Shown here one piece after another: positions 29,051-38,520 of a stretch of DNA of 64,000 nucleotides; position 1 is the stretch's first letter; every line of letters begins with the position of its first letter. The notes below the pieces were generated by a model that saw only the letters and a program-made list of their open reading frames with translations, had not been told where the DNA came from and did not search any database. Where the stretch lies: contig CAXXHG010000008.1 in the NCBI GenBank assembly GCA_963666315.2, forward strand, positions 1 through 64,000, written 5' to 3'. Source of the stretch: Candidatus Binatia bacterium (lineage in GTDB: Bacteria > Desulfobacterota > Binatia > Bin18). The translations under genes were made by a program, and so were the position numbers.

Positions 29051-31984
29051 TTAACCTGTTGTTGAGAGCTGTTCCAGCTCATTTTTGTTTTCATTATAAT
29101 CTTCATTGCATTCCTCTTGATGTTCTTCTTGTGCTGAGGGGGCGGGATGAAATTGGGTGGCTGTTTTCGTGAGCCGCATAACTTTGACGTCTTCGGCAGA
29201 CAAATGGAGCAGCACACCGATGAATTCATGCGGCTTCAGCGTTCCCGTATCTGTCATAGCAACTTCGACTGTCAGTGTTGACGGCGTTGTCAGGGCCAGG
29301 ACGGTAATCAAGTGCTTGGCGTCGATCATCCGTTCGCGATGACGGGTCCGTTTGAGCATCGGAAATGTTTCTGCCTGATGGAACGCGCTTAAGCGCTCCG
29401 CCAGGAATATTGGGTCCCGCTTGTCCTCAGGCAGCGTATCGAGTGCGACGAGGTAGCGCTGCGTTGCTATACAGACATCCACGCTGGGTCGATCAAGAGC
29501 GATAGCCTGTGCCTTATGTATATGAAAGCCGCTCGGAAGCTCGGCATTGAGCCGGCGCTGCAACTCTTCTGCCGGGATCTCCTCCTTCAGCAGCATATCA
29601 AGAAAATCCTCTTCGCTTTCCATGCCGACCGGTAGGGCAGGGCCGAAGCTGATTCGGGGTAAGGGGTGAAAGCCTTGGCTATACGCAATCGGGAGACGCG
29701 CCCGACGACAGGAACGCGCAAAGAGTATGGCTACTTCTTTGGCGCCAAGAAAACGCGCCATATCGAGCTTGTTATAGCTCAACCTGAAGCGGGCTACTGC
29801 CTGGCGCTCATGACCTTGGCTCACCGCGATGGTATTTGCATCACCTGCGAGCCATTCGTCTGCATTGCCTGAAACCGGGCTAGGGAGATCTGGGGAGAGG
29901 GAGTTGGATGGTGCTGAGTGTGTCTCGGCTAGGGGTATCGATTCGAGCTTCGCCTCATTCAGTCCATCCTCAGGGTTGCTTTTTGACCCTTCGAGTTTGC
30001 TCAGGGCAGGCTTTTGACCTTGAGCTTTTTTCTCCTGCATCAGCTGCCACTGCCGGGTGCCCCAGGCGCTGTGCTCGGGCAATGTATCCTGAGCCCACGC
30101 ATCGACGTCCGGTCCTCTGTGGTCCGCCCCTTTTGCGCCATTCAAGTGGTAGGTTACATTCCGCACGCTCTTAAAGTCGCATGCGCCGCAATAGGAGCAG
30201 CGCTCTACGCTACAGTCCGGTGTGAGAGTACCCTCGAAGGCTTTGGCCAAGTCGCGTTGGAGCCATTTTTTTGTCACGCCGCTATCCAGATGATCCCATG
30301 GCAGGGGTTCACCCAGGAGGCGACGACGCAGGTAGAAATCAGGATCAATGTCGTGTTCGTGAAATGCCTGCTGCCACAACTCGAGCCGAAACTGCTCTGT
30401 CCAACCGTCGAACCGGCAGCCGAGACGATACGCAGTCAAGAGCGGAGCACCCAGACGCCGATCGCCTCGGGCAAACACCCCCTCAAGGAAGGACATCCGG
30501 GCGTCATGCCATTTGAATTGAATACCATACCGTCGTAGCTCGCGGCGCAGGAGCCGTTGTCGCGCTTCGGTCTCTTCTAAGTTTACTTGTGCCGCCCACT
30601 GAAATGGCGTGTGCGGCTTGGGAATAAAGGTGGACACGCTGGCGGTGACCTTGCGTTGGTGCTTGCCAACAGCCGAGACCTTGCGACACAGGTCCACGAT
30701 ACCGAGCAGGTCCTCTTCGGTTTCGGTCGGCTGACCGAGCATGAAATATAATTTGACGCTTTTCCAGCCCAAACTAAACAGAAGGCGAGCCGCCTCAAGC
30801 AACTCTTCTTCTTGATATTCTTTCTGAATGACATCGCGAAGGCGTTGTGAGCCGGCTTCGGGGGCCAGGGTAAAGCCGGTCTTCCGCACGCGCTGAATTT
30901 CCTCCAGAATGTGGGGCGAGAGGGCATCGACGCGCGTTGATGGCAGCGAGACTGACACTTTGAGGTCTGAGAAGCGATTCATGATAGCGCGCAGCAGCGG
31001 ATTGATACAGCTGTAGTCTCCCGTACTGAGACTGAGGAGCGAGACTTCTTCATAACCGCTTTTTTTGATGAGATGGTCGATCTGCTCCTGCAGTGCACGT
31101 GGGTCCCGTTCGCGTAGCGGACGGTAGATATAGCCGGCTTGGCAGAAGCGACAGCCTCGTACACAGCCGCGCATGACCTCCACGGCAACGCGGTCATGGA
31201 CAATATTGACATTCGGTACGACCTGCGTGGTGAGTTGGGGGACGGTATTGAGATCGGCTACAATACGCTTTTGCGCACCGGTGTAGTCTGCATGTTGCGG
31301 ACGGTTTTCACGCAGGGTTCCGTCAGCAGCATATACCGGCTCGAAAAAGGCGGGGACGTATAGACCTTGAATCTTGCTTAACTTTCGTAACAGGTCCGCT
31401 CGATCTCTTTTATCCCAGGCTAAATAGGCATCGCAGATGTCAAATATTGCTTCTTCGCCATCGCCCAAGAGAAAAGCGTCAATAAAATCGGCAATAGGCT
31501 CAGGGTGAAAGGCGCAGGGACCGCCGGCGATAATCAGGGGATGCGTCGCGTGTCGTTCACGGGAGAGCAGCGGGATCCTCCCCAGCTCCAGCATGCTCAG
31601 CACGTTGGTATACGTCAATTCGTACTGGAGGCTGAAACCAACGATTTCAAAAGCATGCAGCGGCCGGTATGTCTCGAGTGAGACCAAAGGCAAGTCGTGC
31701 CGGCGGAGCTGCTGCTCCATATCCGGCCAGGGCGCATAGGCCCGCTCGGCTTGGATGTCCGGACGGTTATTGAGCAGGTTGTAGAGAATTTGCAGCCCAA
31801 GGTGGGACTGCGAGATTTCATAGACTTCGGGGAAGGCCAGGGCAAAGTGAAGACGTATGGCTGCCGGGTCCTTGATAATCGTTCCGAGTTCACCGCCCGT
31901 ATAGCGGGCGGGTTGCTCAACCAGGGGTAAGATCGAAGCATAAGCCTGTCGAAGGTCTGTCTCTCCCTCAGTTCTCATACTCAA
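29051..31984 (-). CDS. TIGR03960-type B12-binding radical SAM protein fused to a DUF2344/TIGR03936 domain
   Basis: PARYTGGE, RGCVRGCRFCQAG, FTLAPEAGSQRLR, FIPKPHTPFQW; C-terminal YSQGFHPLPRISFGPALPVG. Confidence 0.92.
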   Translation of the reverse strand: MSMRTEGETDLRQAYASILPLVEQPARYTGGELGTIIKDPAAIRLHFALAFPEVYEISQSHLGLQILYNLLNNRPDIQAERAYAPWPDMEQQLRRHDLPLVSLETYRPLHAFEIVGFSLQYELTYTNVLSMLELGRIPLLSRERHATHPLIIAGGPCAFHPEPIADFIDAFLLGDGEEAIFDICDAYLAWDKRDRADLLRKLSKIQGLYVPAFFEPVYAADGTLRENRPQHADYTGAQKRIVADLNTVPQLTTQVVPNVNIVHDRVAVEVMRGCVRGCRFCQAGYIYRPLRERDPRALQEQIDHLIKKSGYEEVSLLSLSTGDYSCINPLLRAIMNRFSDLKVSVSLPSTRVDALSPHILEEIQRVRKTGFTLAPEAGSQRLRDVIQKEYQEEELLEAARLLFSLGWKSVKLYFMLGQPTETEEDLLGIVDLCRKVSAVGKHQRKVTASVSTFIPKPHTPFQWAAQVNLEETEARQRLLRRELRRYGIQFKWHDARMSFLEGVFARGDRRLGAPLLTAYRLGCRFDGWTEQFRLELWQQAFHEHDIDPDFYLRRRLLGEPLPWDHLDSGVTKKWLQRDLAKAFEGTLTPDCSVERCSYCGACDFKSVRNVTYHLNGAKGADHRGPDVDAWAQDTLPEHSAWGTRQWQLMQEKKAQGQKPALSKLEGSKSNPEDGLNEAKLESIPLAETHSAPSNSLSPDLPSPVSGNADEWLAGDANTIAVSQGHERQAVARFRLSYNKLDMARFLGAKEVAILFARSCRRARLPIAYSQGFHPLPRISFGPALPVGMESEEDFLDMLLKEEIPAEELQRRLNAELPSGFHIHKAQAIALDRPSVDVCIATQRYLVALDTLPEDKRDPIFLAERLSAFHQAETFPMLKRTRHRERMIDAKHLITVLALTTPSTLTVEVAMTDTGTLKPHEFIGVLLHLSAEDVKVMRLTKTATQFHPAPSAQEEHQEECNEDYNENKNELEQLSTTG
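29981..30019. repeat. CCTTCGA-N4-GCTCAGG repeat located in frame inside the radical SAM linker
   Basis: TTTTGACCCTTCGAGTTTGCTCAGGGCAGGCTTTTGACC; homologous to 53487-53520. Confidence 0.7.
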
Positions 31985-32112
31985 TGCATGCCTCCTTCAT
32001 CCAAAACCATTGTCTATCTGCAGAACCATTGTATATCTGAAAGGTTGACAGCCACGCAAGGAGAAAGTGGCCATGCTTTGCCTGGCTGTTCGGTGACCTT
32101 GGTGTGAAAACC

Positions 32113-32141
32113 TTGACTTCCTCACAGCGGCTGGGTATAGG
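32113..32141 (+). promoter_or_regulatory. Sigma70-type promoter for the HNH gene
   Basis: TTGACT-17 bp-TATAGG. Confidence 0.5.
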
Positions 32142-32196
32142 GGGCGATAACTTAGTCTAATGGAAAACCTGCTGCTTGTGTAAGGGTTTGGAGTAC

Positions 32197-32802
32197 ATGA
32201 GCGTTCTCAACAGCAAAGTGCTCGTTCTTAATCGGTCTTACTTTCCGGTGCATGTGACATCCGTTCGCAGAGCATTTTCCTTGTTATATCAGGGTATTGT
32301 AAAGGTCGTTGATCAACACTACCGCACCTTTGACTATGAGAGTTGGAGCGCCCTGTCTGCATCAGTTCATGATGAGACCATCGGTCTTATTGATCGCGCG
32401 ATCCGTGTACCTCGGGTGATCCTCCTAGTCTCTTATGACCGTGTACCACGCCGACGCGTGCGGTTCAGTCGCTTCAATGTCTTTGCCCGGGATAATAATA
32501 CCTGCCAATACTGTGGAAAGCGCTTTGCGCGGCACGAGTTAAATCTCGACCATGTGATCCCGCGTTCTCAGAACGGACTCTCTACATGGGAAAACGTTGT
32601 CTGTTCGTGCTTTCACTGTAATCGCGTAAAAGGCGGACGCCGACCGGAGGAAGCCGGGGTGAAGTTGATCAAGAAACCCGTCCAGCCCGAGTGGACGCCC
32701 TTTATGCTGGAGACCTTCAGTTTTAAGCGCTATCGCGAATGGCTGCCTTTTCTCAACGAAGTCGACGCAGCCTACTGGAATACGGAATTGCTGGAACGCT
32801 AG
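32197..32802 (+). CDS. HNH endonuclease (McrA-like)
   Basis: VLVLN, RDNNTCQYCG, LDHVIPRS and WENVVCSCFHCNRVKG motifs. Confidence 0.93.
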   Translation: MSVLNSKVLVLNRSYFPVHVTSVRRAFSLLYQGIVKVVDQHYRTFDYESWSALSASVHDETIGLIDRAIRVPRVILLVSYDRVPRRRVRFSRFNVFARDNNTCQYCGKRFARHELNLDHVIPRSQNGLSTWENVVCSCFHCNRVKGGRRPEEAGVKLIKKPVQPEWTPFMLETFSFKRYREWLPFLNEVDAAYWNTELLER

Positions 32803-32826
32803 CTTTCCGGGTGGATCTCTTTGGAT

Positions 32827-32842
32827 CCACAAGATATAGTAG
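32827..32842. promoter_or_regulatory. Putative NrdR box upstream of smc
   Basis: CCACAAGATATAGTAG compared with consensus acaCwAtATaTwGtgt. Confidence 0.4.
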
Positions 32843-32923
32843 CCGCATGATCTCAGAGCCCCTTCCCCTTGGGTTGGTTGCCTCAGGAAGGGGGTGGGGA
32901 GGATAGGAGGAGTTGTGGGGCAA

Positions 32924-35900
32924 ATGCGGATCAAACAGCTTGAGCTGCTCGGCTTCAAGTCCTTTAAAAATAAGACAACGCTGACTTTTCCTGCTGGGAT
33001 TACAGCGGTCGTTGGACCGAACGGGTGCGGTAAGTCGAACATCGTTGACGCATTGCGCTGGGTCTTAGGTGAGCAGAGCCCTAAGCAGCTGCGCGGCCAG
33101 GAGATGAGTGATGTTGTCTTCGCCGGAAGCGAGGGGAATGCACCGCTCGGCATGGCCGATGTGACCTTACTGTTGGAGAATACCGATGCCCCGGGTCACG
33201 TTACGAATGGTAAGGGCCATAATGGGGGCGCTCAGGACTGGACGGAAGTTATGATCTCGCGCCGGTATTTTCGTTCGGGTGAGTCGGAGTATCTGTTCAA
33301 CAAAGTCCCCTGTCGTCTGCGCGATATTGTCGAATTCTTTCTTGGGACCGGCGCGGGAACAAAAGCCTACTCTATCATTGAGCAAGGCCGTGTAGACGCC
33401 CTGGTCAGTGCAAAACCGCAAGATATTCGTATATTTGTTGAGGAAGCGGCCGGCACCAGTCTGTATCGGAGTCGTCGCCTGGCTGCCGAACGCAAGCTCG
33501 AGCGTACCCAAGATAATTTATCCCGAGTGGCTGATATTCTGCATGAGATGGATCGCCAGCTTGCCTCGCTGCGCCGTCAGGCGAAAAAAGCCGAGCGGTA
33601 TCGCAGCCTGCAAGACGAGCTGAAGACGGTTGATCTCACCTTGCTGTGTCATGCCTATCAGACCCTGGCTGAAGAGTTGAGTATCTTGAGTGATCGCCTG
33701 AAGGCCCAGGGGCAAGAAGAAGGGCAGCTGAGCCAACAAGCCGAGTCGATGCAGGCTGAACGGTCAGCGACTAGTGCGCGCATAGAATCAGAAGAGGCGA
33801 CGCTGCGAGAACTAGAGGAGCGTTTGCATGCGTTAGAGAACCGGTGCGACCAGGGAGAGCAGAAACACGAGTTTTTGCTTCAGCAAGAAGAGCAGACGCG
33901 GACGAGAACACGCAATGCTGAAGACGAGCGTCGTCTGATGGCCGAGAAGAAAGACGACGTACGACGGGAGCTGATCGAGCTGTCGGGTACGGCTAGAGAT
34001 ATGCTCCAACAGGCTGATGACGATAAAGCCGCCCTGCAGACGCAAGAGCAGGAGCTTGCGACGTTGCAGGACGCTGGCGTGCAGCGAGAGACGCAGGCGG
34101 AAGAACTGAAGACCGAGATCGTTGATTTGCTGACCCAAGAGGCTCAGATCCAAAACACGCTCAGCTACTCGAGAAAACGGACGAGTGAGGTCACCCAGCG
34201 CCTTGATGTCCTGACCAAGGACGCGCAGCAGGTTGAACAGCTGCGCCAAGAGACTGAACAAGCGCTCAGTGCACTGCAGGAAAAATCTATTTGGCTGAGC
34301 CGACGCGTACAACACGGGCAGCAGCAGCGAGAGGAAAAGAGTGGCGGGCTACGTGAGACCCGTAGTGCGGGAGAGCAGCTCGATACGACGCTCTCTGGGG
34401 CCTGGACCAAACAAGCCGAACTCCGCGCGCGCCTGACAACGTTGAAAGAGCTGGAACACGAATATGATCGCTACGCTCAAGGCGTGCAGTCCGTCATGAC
34501 TGATGGTGATTTTCCGGCGTCTGTGCTTGGCGTCGTGGCCCAAATGATTGAGGTGCCCCAAGCGTATGAGCGCGCTGTTGCAGCGGTGCTGCGCGATAAA
34601 CTCGAATATATGGTCGTTGCTGATACGGCGACTGGGGTGGTTGCCGTAGATTATTTGAATCAGGCGCAGTCCGGACATGGGAATTTCGTACCTATACGTC
34701 TGAGGGAAGGGGCGCAAGTTTCTTATCAGCCTGACTCTAATGGACCGGTTTTGGCTACGGTGGGGGAAGGTGTCTCGCCGCTCATGAGCTGTGTTGCCAT
34801 TTCGTCAGAGTATCGGCAGATGATCGAAGCGCTCCTGGGTGATGCTGTTCTGGTCCCAAGTCTGCAAGTCGGTTTGGACCTCTGGAACGGAAATATGAAT
34901 CCCCACACCTATGTCACTCCGCAGGGAGAAATGATCTCAGCCCTGGGTGTGGTCAGCGGTGGCAGTGGTGGAGTAGCCGAAGCGGCTTTACTAGAGCGGC
35001 GGCGAGAAATACGGGGGCTGACACAAACGATAGCTCGGCAAGAAGAAACGGTGGCCGATCTCGTCCAACGGCGTCAGACGGTGAAGCAGCGTCAACACGA
35101 GCTGGAGGGAGAGTTAGCCCGGTTTGAAGCTGAGGCGCGGACCCTGGGCCAAGAGAACGAAGCCCTGCAGCGAGAAGTCGGCAAGTTGGAGGGAGAGCTA
35201 CGGCGTTTGTTGGATAGAGGCGAGGGGATTGGGTACGAACGCAACGTTTTGGAACAAGAGTACCGAACTTTGCGGGCCGAAATGTTGAACGCGCAGATCC
35301 AAGAACAGGAGATTTCCACACAGCGTCAGGAGCGACAGAGCGTGCTTTCCTCTCAGCAGGCTGAAGTCGCCCAAGCCAAAGTAAATCTTGATCGTCAACG
35401 CGCCGCTATCGACGATCTGCGCGTCCGAGTTGCCGAACAGAGAGAGCGCCATGAGGGACTTCAGACCCAGGTGACCCGACTAACGAGTCAGATCCGTGAA
35501 CTGGAAGAGCGTTTGCGGGCCAGCCAGGCTGTGATCACAGCGGGAACGGAAGAGCTGCAGCAGCTGCAGACTGAAAAGGCGGCGTTACGCTCTCACATCG
35601 AGCAGACCCAGGTTGGTCTGGATGCGGCAAAAGAAGAACAAGCCCGGCGACAAAGCGCATGCGCTGCACTCCGTGTTACATACCAGACCTGCGAAGAGCG
35701 CGTCGACGAAATCCGACAGGCAACAACGCAACTGCAGGAAGAAAAAACTCGCATTGAGGTCAGGAGTGCGGAAAAGCGTGTCAGCAGCGCACATCTCGAG
35801 TCCACGGTGCGAGAACGCTATGACTTAGCCTTGACTAGCGTACTCGGGCAGTATGCGACTGAAGAGCTGAATCAAGCTGAGGGCGAAACGCAACGCCAGG

Positions 35901-36517
35901 AATTACGTGAGAAATTGACACGACTCGGTGAGGTGAATCCGAGTGCGGCAACGGAGCTCGCCGAGGTCGAGGAACGTTTCATATTCGTCGAATCCCAAAA
36001 GGGCGACCTGCTCCACTCCATTGAGGATTTACAGAACACCATTCATAAGCTTAATCGCGAGTCTCATGCGCGCTTCCGCGAAACATTTCACCTTGTAGAT
36101 GAGAAGTTTTGTGAGGTCTATGCGCGCTTGGTTGAGGGCGGAAGGGCACAAATATCGCTCACGAATGAAGCCGACTTGTCTGAAAGTGGAGTCGAAATTT
36201 CTGTACAGCCGCCGAACAAACGACTGCGTTCTATGCAACTTCTCTCGGGTGGAGAGAAAGCACTGGTTGCGCTGAGCTTTACCTTTGCACTGTTTTTGAT
36301 ACGCCCCAGTCCGTTCTGCATTCTGGATGAGGTCGACGCTCCGCTGGACGATGCGAATGTTGGCCGATTTAACCAATTACTCCGAGAAATGAGCGAGACC
36401 ACACAGATCGTGCTGATTACGCATAATAAACGCACTATGGAGGCAGCAGATACGCTCTATGGCGTCACGATGCAGGAGCCCGGCGTATCGACCATGGTGT
36501 CGGTTCGTGTGTCCTAA
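32924..36517 (+). CDS. smc: Chromosome segregation protein SMC
   Basis: GFKSF, Walker A GPNGCGKSN, coiled coils with hinge, LSGGEK, Walker B LDEVDAPLD. Confidence 0.97.
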   Translation: MRIKQLELLGFKSFKNKTTLTFPAGITAVVGPNGCGKSNIVDALRWVLGEQSPKQLRGQEMSDVVFAGSEGNAPLGMADVTLLLENTDAPGHVTNGKGHNGGAQDWTEVMISRRYFRSGESEYLFNKVPCRLRDIVEFFLGTGAGTKAYSIIEQGRVDALVSAKPQDIRIFVEEAAGTSLYRSRRLAAERKLERTQDNLSRVADILHEMDRQLASLRRQAKKAERYRSLQDELKTVDLTLLCHAYQTLAEELSILSDRLKAQGQEEGQLSQQAESMQAERSATSARIESEEATLRELEERLHALENRCDQGEQKHEFLLQQEEQTRTRTRNAEDERRLMAEKKDDVRRELIELSGTARDMLQQADDDKAALQTQEQELATLQDAGVQRETQAEELKTEIVDLLTQEAQIQNTLSYSRKRTSEVTQRLDVLTKDAQQVEQLRQETEQALSALQEKSIWLSRRVQHGQQQREEKSGGLRETRSAGEQLDTTLSGAWTKQAELRARLTTLKELEHEYDRYAQGVQSVMTDGDFPASVLGVVAQMIEVPQAYERAVAAVLRDKLEYMVVADTATGVVAVDYLNQAQSGHGNFVPIRLREGAQVSYQPDSNGPVLATVGEGVSPLMSCVAISSEYRQMIEALLGDAVLVPSLQVGLDLWNGNMNPHTYVTPQGEMISALGVVSGGSGGVAEAALLERRREIRGLTQTIARQEETVADLVQRRQTVKQRQHELEGELARFEAEARTLGQENEALQREVGKLEGELRRLLDRGEGIGYERNVLEQEYRTLRAEMLNAQIQEQEISTQRQERQSVLSSQQAEVAQAKVNLDRQRAAIDDLRVRVAEQRERHEGLQTQVTRLTSQIRELEERLRASQAVITAGTEELQQLQTEKAALRSHIEQTQVGLDAAKEEQARRQSACAALRVTYQTCEERVDEIRQATTQLQEEKTRIEVRSAEKRVSSAHLESTVRERYDLALTSVLGQYATEELNQAEGETQRQELREKLTRLGEVNPSAATELAEVEERFIFVESQKGDLLHSIEDLQNTIHKLNRESHARFRETFHLVDEKFCEVYARLVEGGRAQISLTNEADLSESGVEISVQPPNKRLRSMQLLSGGEKALVALSFTFALFLIRPSPFCILDEVDAPLDDANVGRFNQLLREMSETTQIVLITHNKRTMEAADTLYGVTMQEPGVSTMVSVRVS

Positions 36518-37563
36518 TGGCTGTCCTGTTTTGGCGTCGAAAAAAGAAGCCTCCGACCAGTCCTGCATCGTCTCAGACACCTGCCAGTGGCCATACTGAA
36601 CCCTCGCTTTCAACACCCGTTTCCAAAGAAGCCCGCTGGCGTCGTGGCTTGTTTCGGTTGCGGAGCGCCTTGGGGCGTCCTTTTGAACATATTGGATATG
36701 CGGGTGAGACCCTCTTCTCCGAATTAGAGGAAGTGTTAATCGGGGCGGATGTTGGCGTACAGACTGCATCACAACTTATCGATCAGCTGCGTGACCGCTC
36801 TCGCCGCGAACAACGGGCTGACAGTGCTGCGTTACGGTCGTATCTACAGGAAGAAATGTGCTCTGTGCTCCAGAAAATTTCGTATATCCCCCCCCAGACT
36901 CTGCCTCGTCCCTGGGTCATCTTGGTTGTTGGCGTAAACGGAGTCGGAAAAACGACCTGTATAGCCAAACTGGCTGCTCGGCTGAAAGGAGAAGATAAAA
37001 AGGTATTGCTGGTTGCGGCTGATACCTTTCGCGCGGCGGCGATCGAACAACTGAGTGTCTGGGCGGAGCGACTCGGTGTGGACATCGTTAAACATCAGCA
37101 TGGCGCATCGCCATCAGCCGTTGCCTATGACGGCGTACGAGCTGCCGTCGCACGCCAGGCCCATGTGGTTCTCATTGATACGGCGGGGCGTCTGCATACC
37201 AAAGCTCCGCTCATGGAAGAACTCAAAAAAATGATCCGGGTTATTGACCGGGGAATTCCCGGTGCGCCCCATGACGTTTTTCTGGTCCTGGATGCGGCGA
37301 CCGGTCAGAACGCACTGAGCCAGGCACGGACCTTTCAGACTGCCCTGCCGCTGACTGGGGTGATCCTTGCCAAGATGGATGGATCGGCAAAAGGCGGAAT
37401 AACTCTGGCGGTGAGCGGCCAGCTGGGCGTTCCTATTCGGTATATCGGGTTGGGAGAGCAGGTAGAAGACTTAGAGGAGTTCATTCCTGAGGATTTTATT
37501 GCCGCCCTCTTTAATGAGAATACACAGGAAATTTCCCTTGACGACATGCCTGAGAGGCAATAG
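36517..37563 (+). CDS. ftsY: SRP receptor FtsY
   Basis: GVNGVGKTT, DTFRAAA, DTAGRLH, DGSAKGG; overlaps the smc stop codon. Confidence 0.96.
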   Translation: MAVLFWRRKKKPPTSPASSQTPASGHTEPSLSTPVSKEARWRRGLFRLRSALGRPFEHIGYAGETLFSELEEVLIGADVGVQTASQLIDQLRDRSRREQRADSAALRSYLQEEMCSVLQKISYIPPQTLPRPWVILVVGVNGVGKTTCIAKLAARLKGEDKKVLLVAADTFRAAAIEQLSVWAERLGVDIVKHQHGASPSAVAYDGVRAAVARQAHVVLIDTAGRLHTKAPLMEELKKMIRVIDRGIPGAPHDVFLVLDAATGQNALSQARTFQTALPLTGVILAKMDGSAKGGITLAVSGQLGVPIRYIGLGEQVEDLEEFIPEDFIAALFNENTQEISLDDMPERQ

Positions 37564-37566
37564 AGT
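37538..37566 (+). promoter_or_regulatory. Sigma70-type promoter for zapB-zapA within the ftsY 3' end
   Basis: TTGACG-17 bp-TAGAGT. Confidence 0.5.
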
Positions 37567-37598
37567 GAAGGTGAACTTTTACTTTATTCTAGGGTGGT

Positions 37599-37841
37599 AT
37601 GGCGCTGGAAAGCCTAAAACTTCTTGAAGCAAAATTGAGTGGATTCTTAGAACGCCACGAACAGGTCCGAAGTGAGAACGCAGTGCTCACTTCGCGACTA
37701 GATGAGCAAGAGCGGGAAGTGTCGCTCTTGCTCGAACGTGTCCAGGAATATGAGACTGAACGGGATGAGGTTCGTGACCGTTTAGAGAAAATCCTTACTC
37801 AATTCGGTAATTTAGGTCTTGCTTTGGAAAATGGGGGCTAG
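37599..37841 (+). CDS. zapB: ZapB-like coiled-coil cell division protein
   Basis: 80-aa coiled coil directly upstream of zapA. Confidence 0.7.
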   Translation: MALESLKLLEAKLSGFLERHEQVRSENAVLTSRLDEQEREVSLLLERVQEYETERDEVRDRLEKILTQFGNLGLALENGG

Positions 37842-37844
37842 CAT

Positions 37845-38267
37845 ATGAAACGCTTGATAGAAGTGGAGATCTTTGGACAAACCTTCACCGTTAACAGTGA
37901 AGATGACGAGAAATATGTCCGGAAACTTGCTTCTTTCGTTGACCAGCGCATGCGTGAGATTACGGGAAGTGCGAAAGTCACCGTGCCCCTTCGGGTCGCA
38001 ATTATGGCAGGCCTGAGCATTGCAGACGAGTTGTTTAAGATCAGTCAGCAAGAAACAGACCTCAGGCAAGAAACAGAGCTGATTTCTAGTGGCTTGCTCC
38101 ATAGTCTAGAGCAAGCGCAAGCCCTCGAAAATAGGGCAGCGACGGCGGCAACGGCCGTTGCGACGACGGCGGCAATGGTTGCTGATGGACCGGACTCACA
38201 ATTAGCTCCTCACTCGCCCGTGACCCTTGACGGACAAGAGAAAAAAGCGACTCCCCTTGCCTCCTGA
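37845..38267 (+). CDS. zapA: Cell division protein ZapA
   Basis: VEIFGQTF, LASFVDQRMREI and AIMAGLSIADEL motifs. Confidence 0.92.
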   Translation: MKRLIEVEIFGQTFTVNSEDDEKYVRKLASFVDQRMREITGSAKVTVPLRVAIMAGLSIADELFKISQQETDLRQETELISSGLLHSLEQAQALENRAATAATAVATTAAMVADGPDSQLAPHSPVTLDGQEKKATPLAS

Positions 38268-38290
38268 CAGGGAGCTGCTCCGTACGCACA

Positions 38291-38481
38291 GCCCCCCTCT
38301 TGCGCTCCTTCCCACCCATGAAGAAGATGGGAGGAGATCGCCTGTATAGGCGAAATGCTGGTTTCATATGCATATCAGATGGAGATCCCGGTTTCGGGTG
38401 GTCTCTGGAGAGGTATATAAATGGCACAAGGCGACGAATACGCACGAAGAGGATGAGTATGGGGAAGTAGATACCGGGGCG
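38291..38481 (+). ncRNA. ssrS: Putative 6S RNA
   Basis: About 190 nt between zapA and rny, the usual ssrS position. Nested complementarity: GCCCC/GGGGC, CTTCCC/GGGAAG, TCGCCTGT/ACAAGGCGA, and apical GAGATC..CCG/CGG..GGTCTC. Confidence 0.6.
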
Positions 38482-38520
38482 AGGTTTTTAGACTTTGCTG
38501 TGGTAGGGAGGTCAAGGGTC

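Noticed and set aside
38368-38520. N-terminal extension of RNase Y as given in the ORF track
   Set aside because: The GGGAGG RBS and the TM anchor indicate a start at 38521 or 38524; the extension overlaps the putative 6S RNA.
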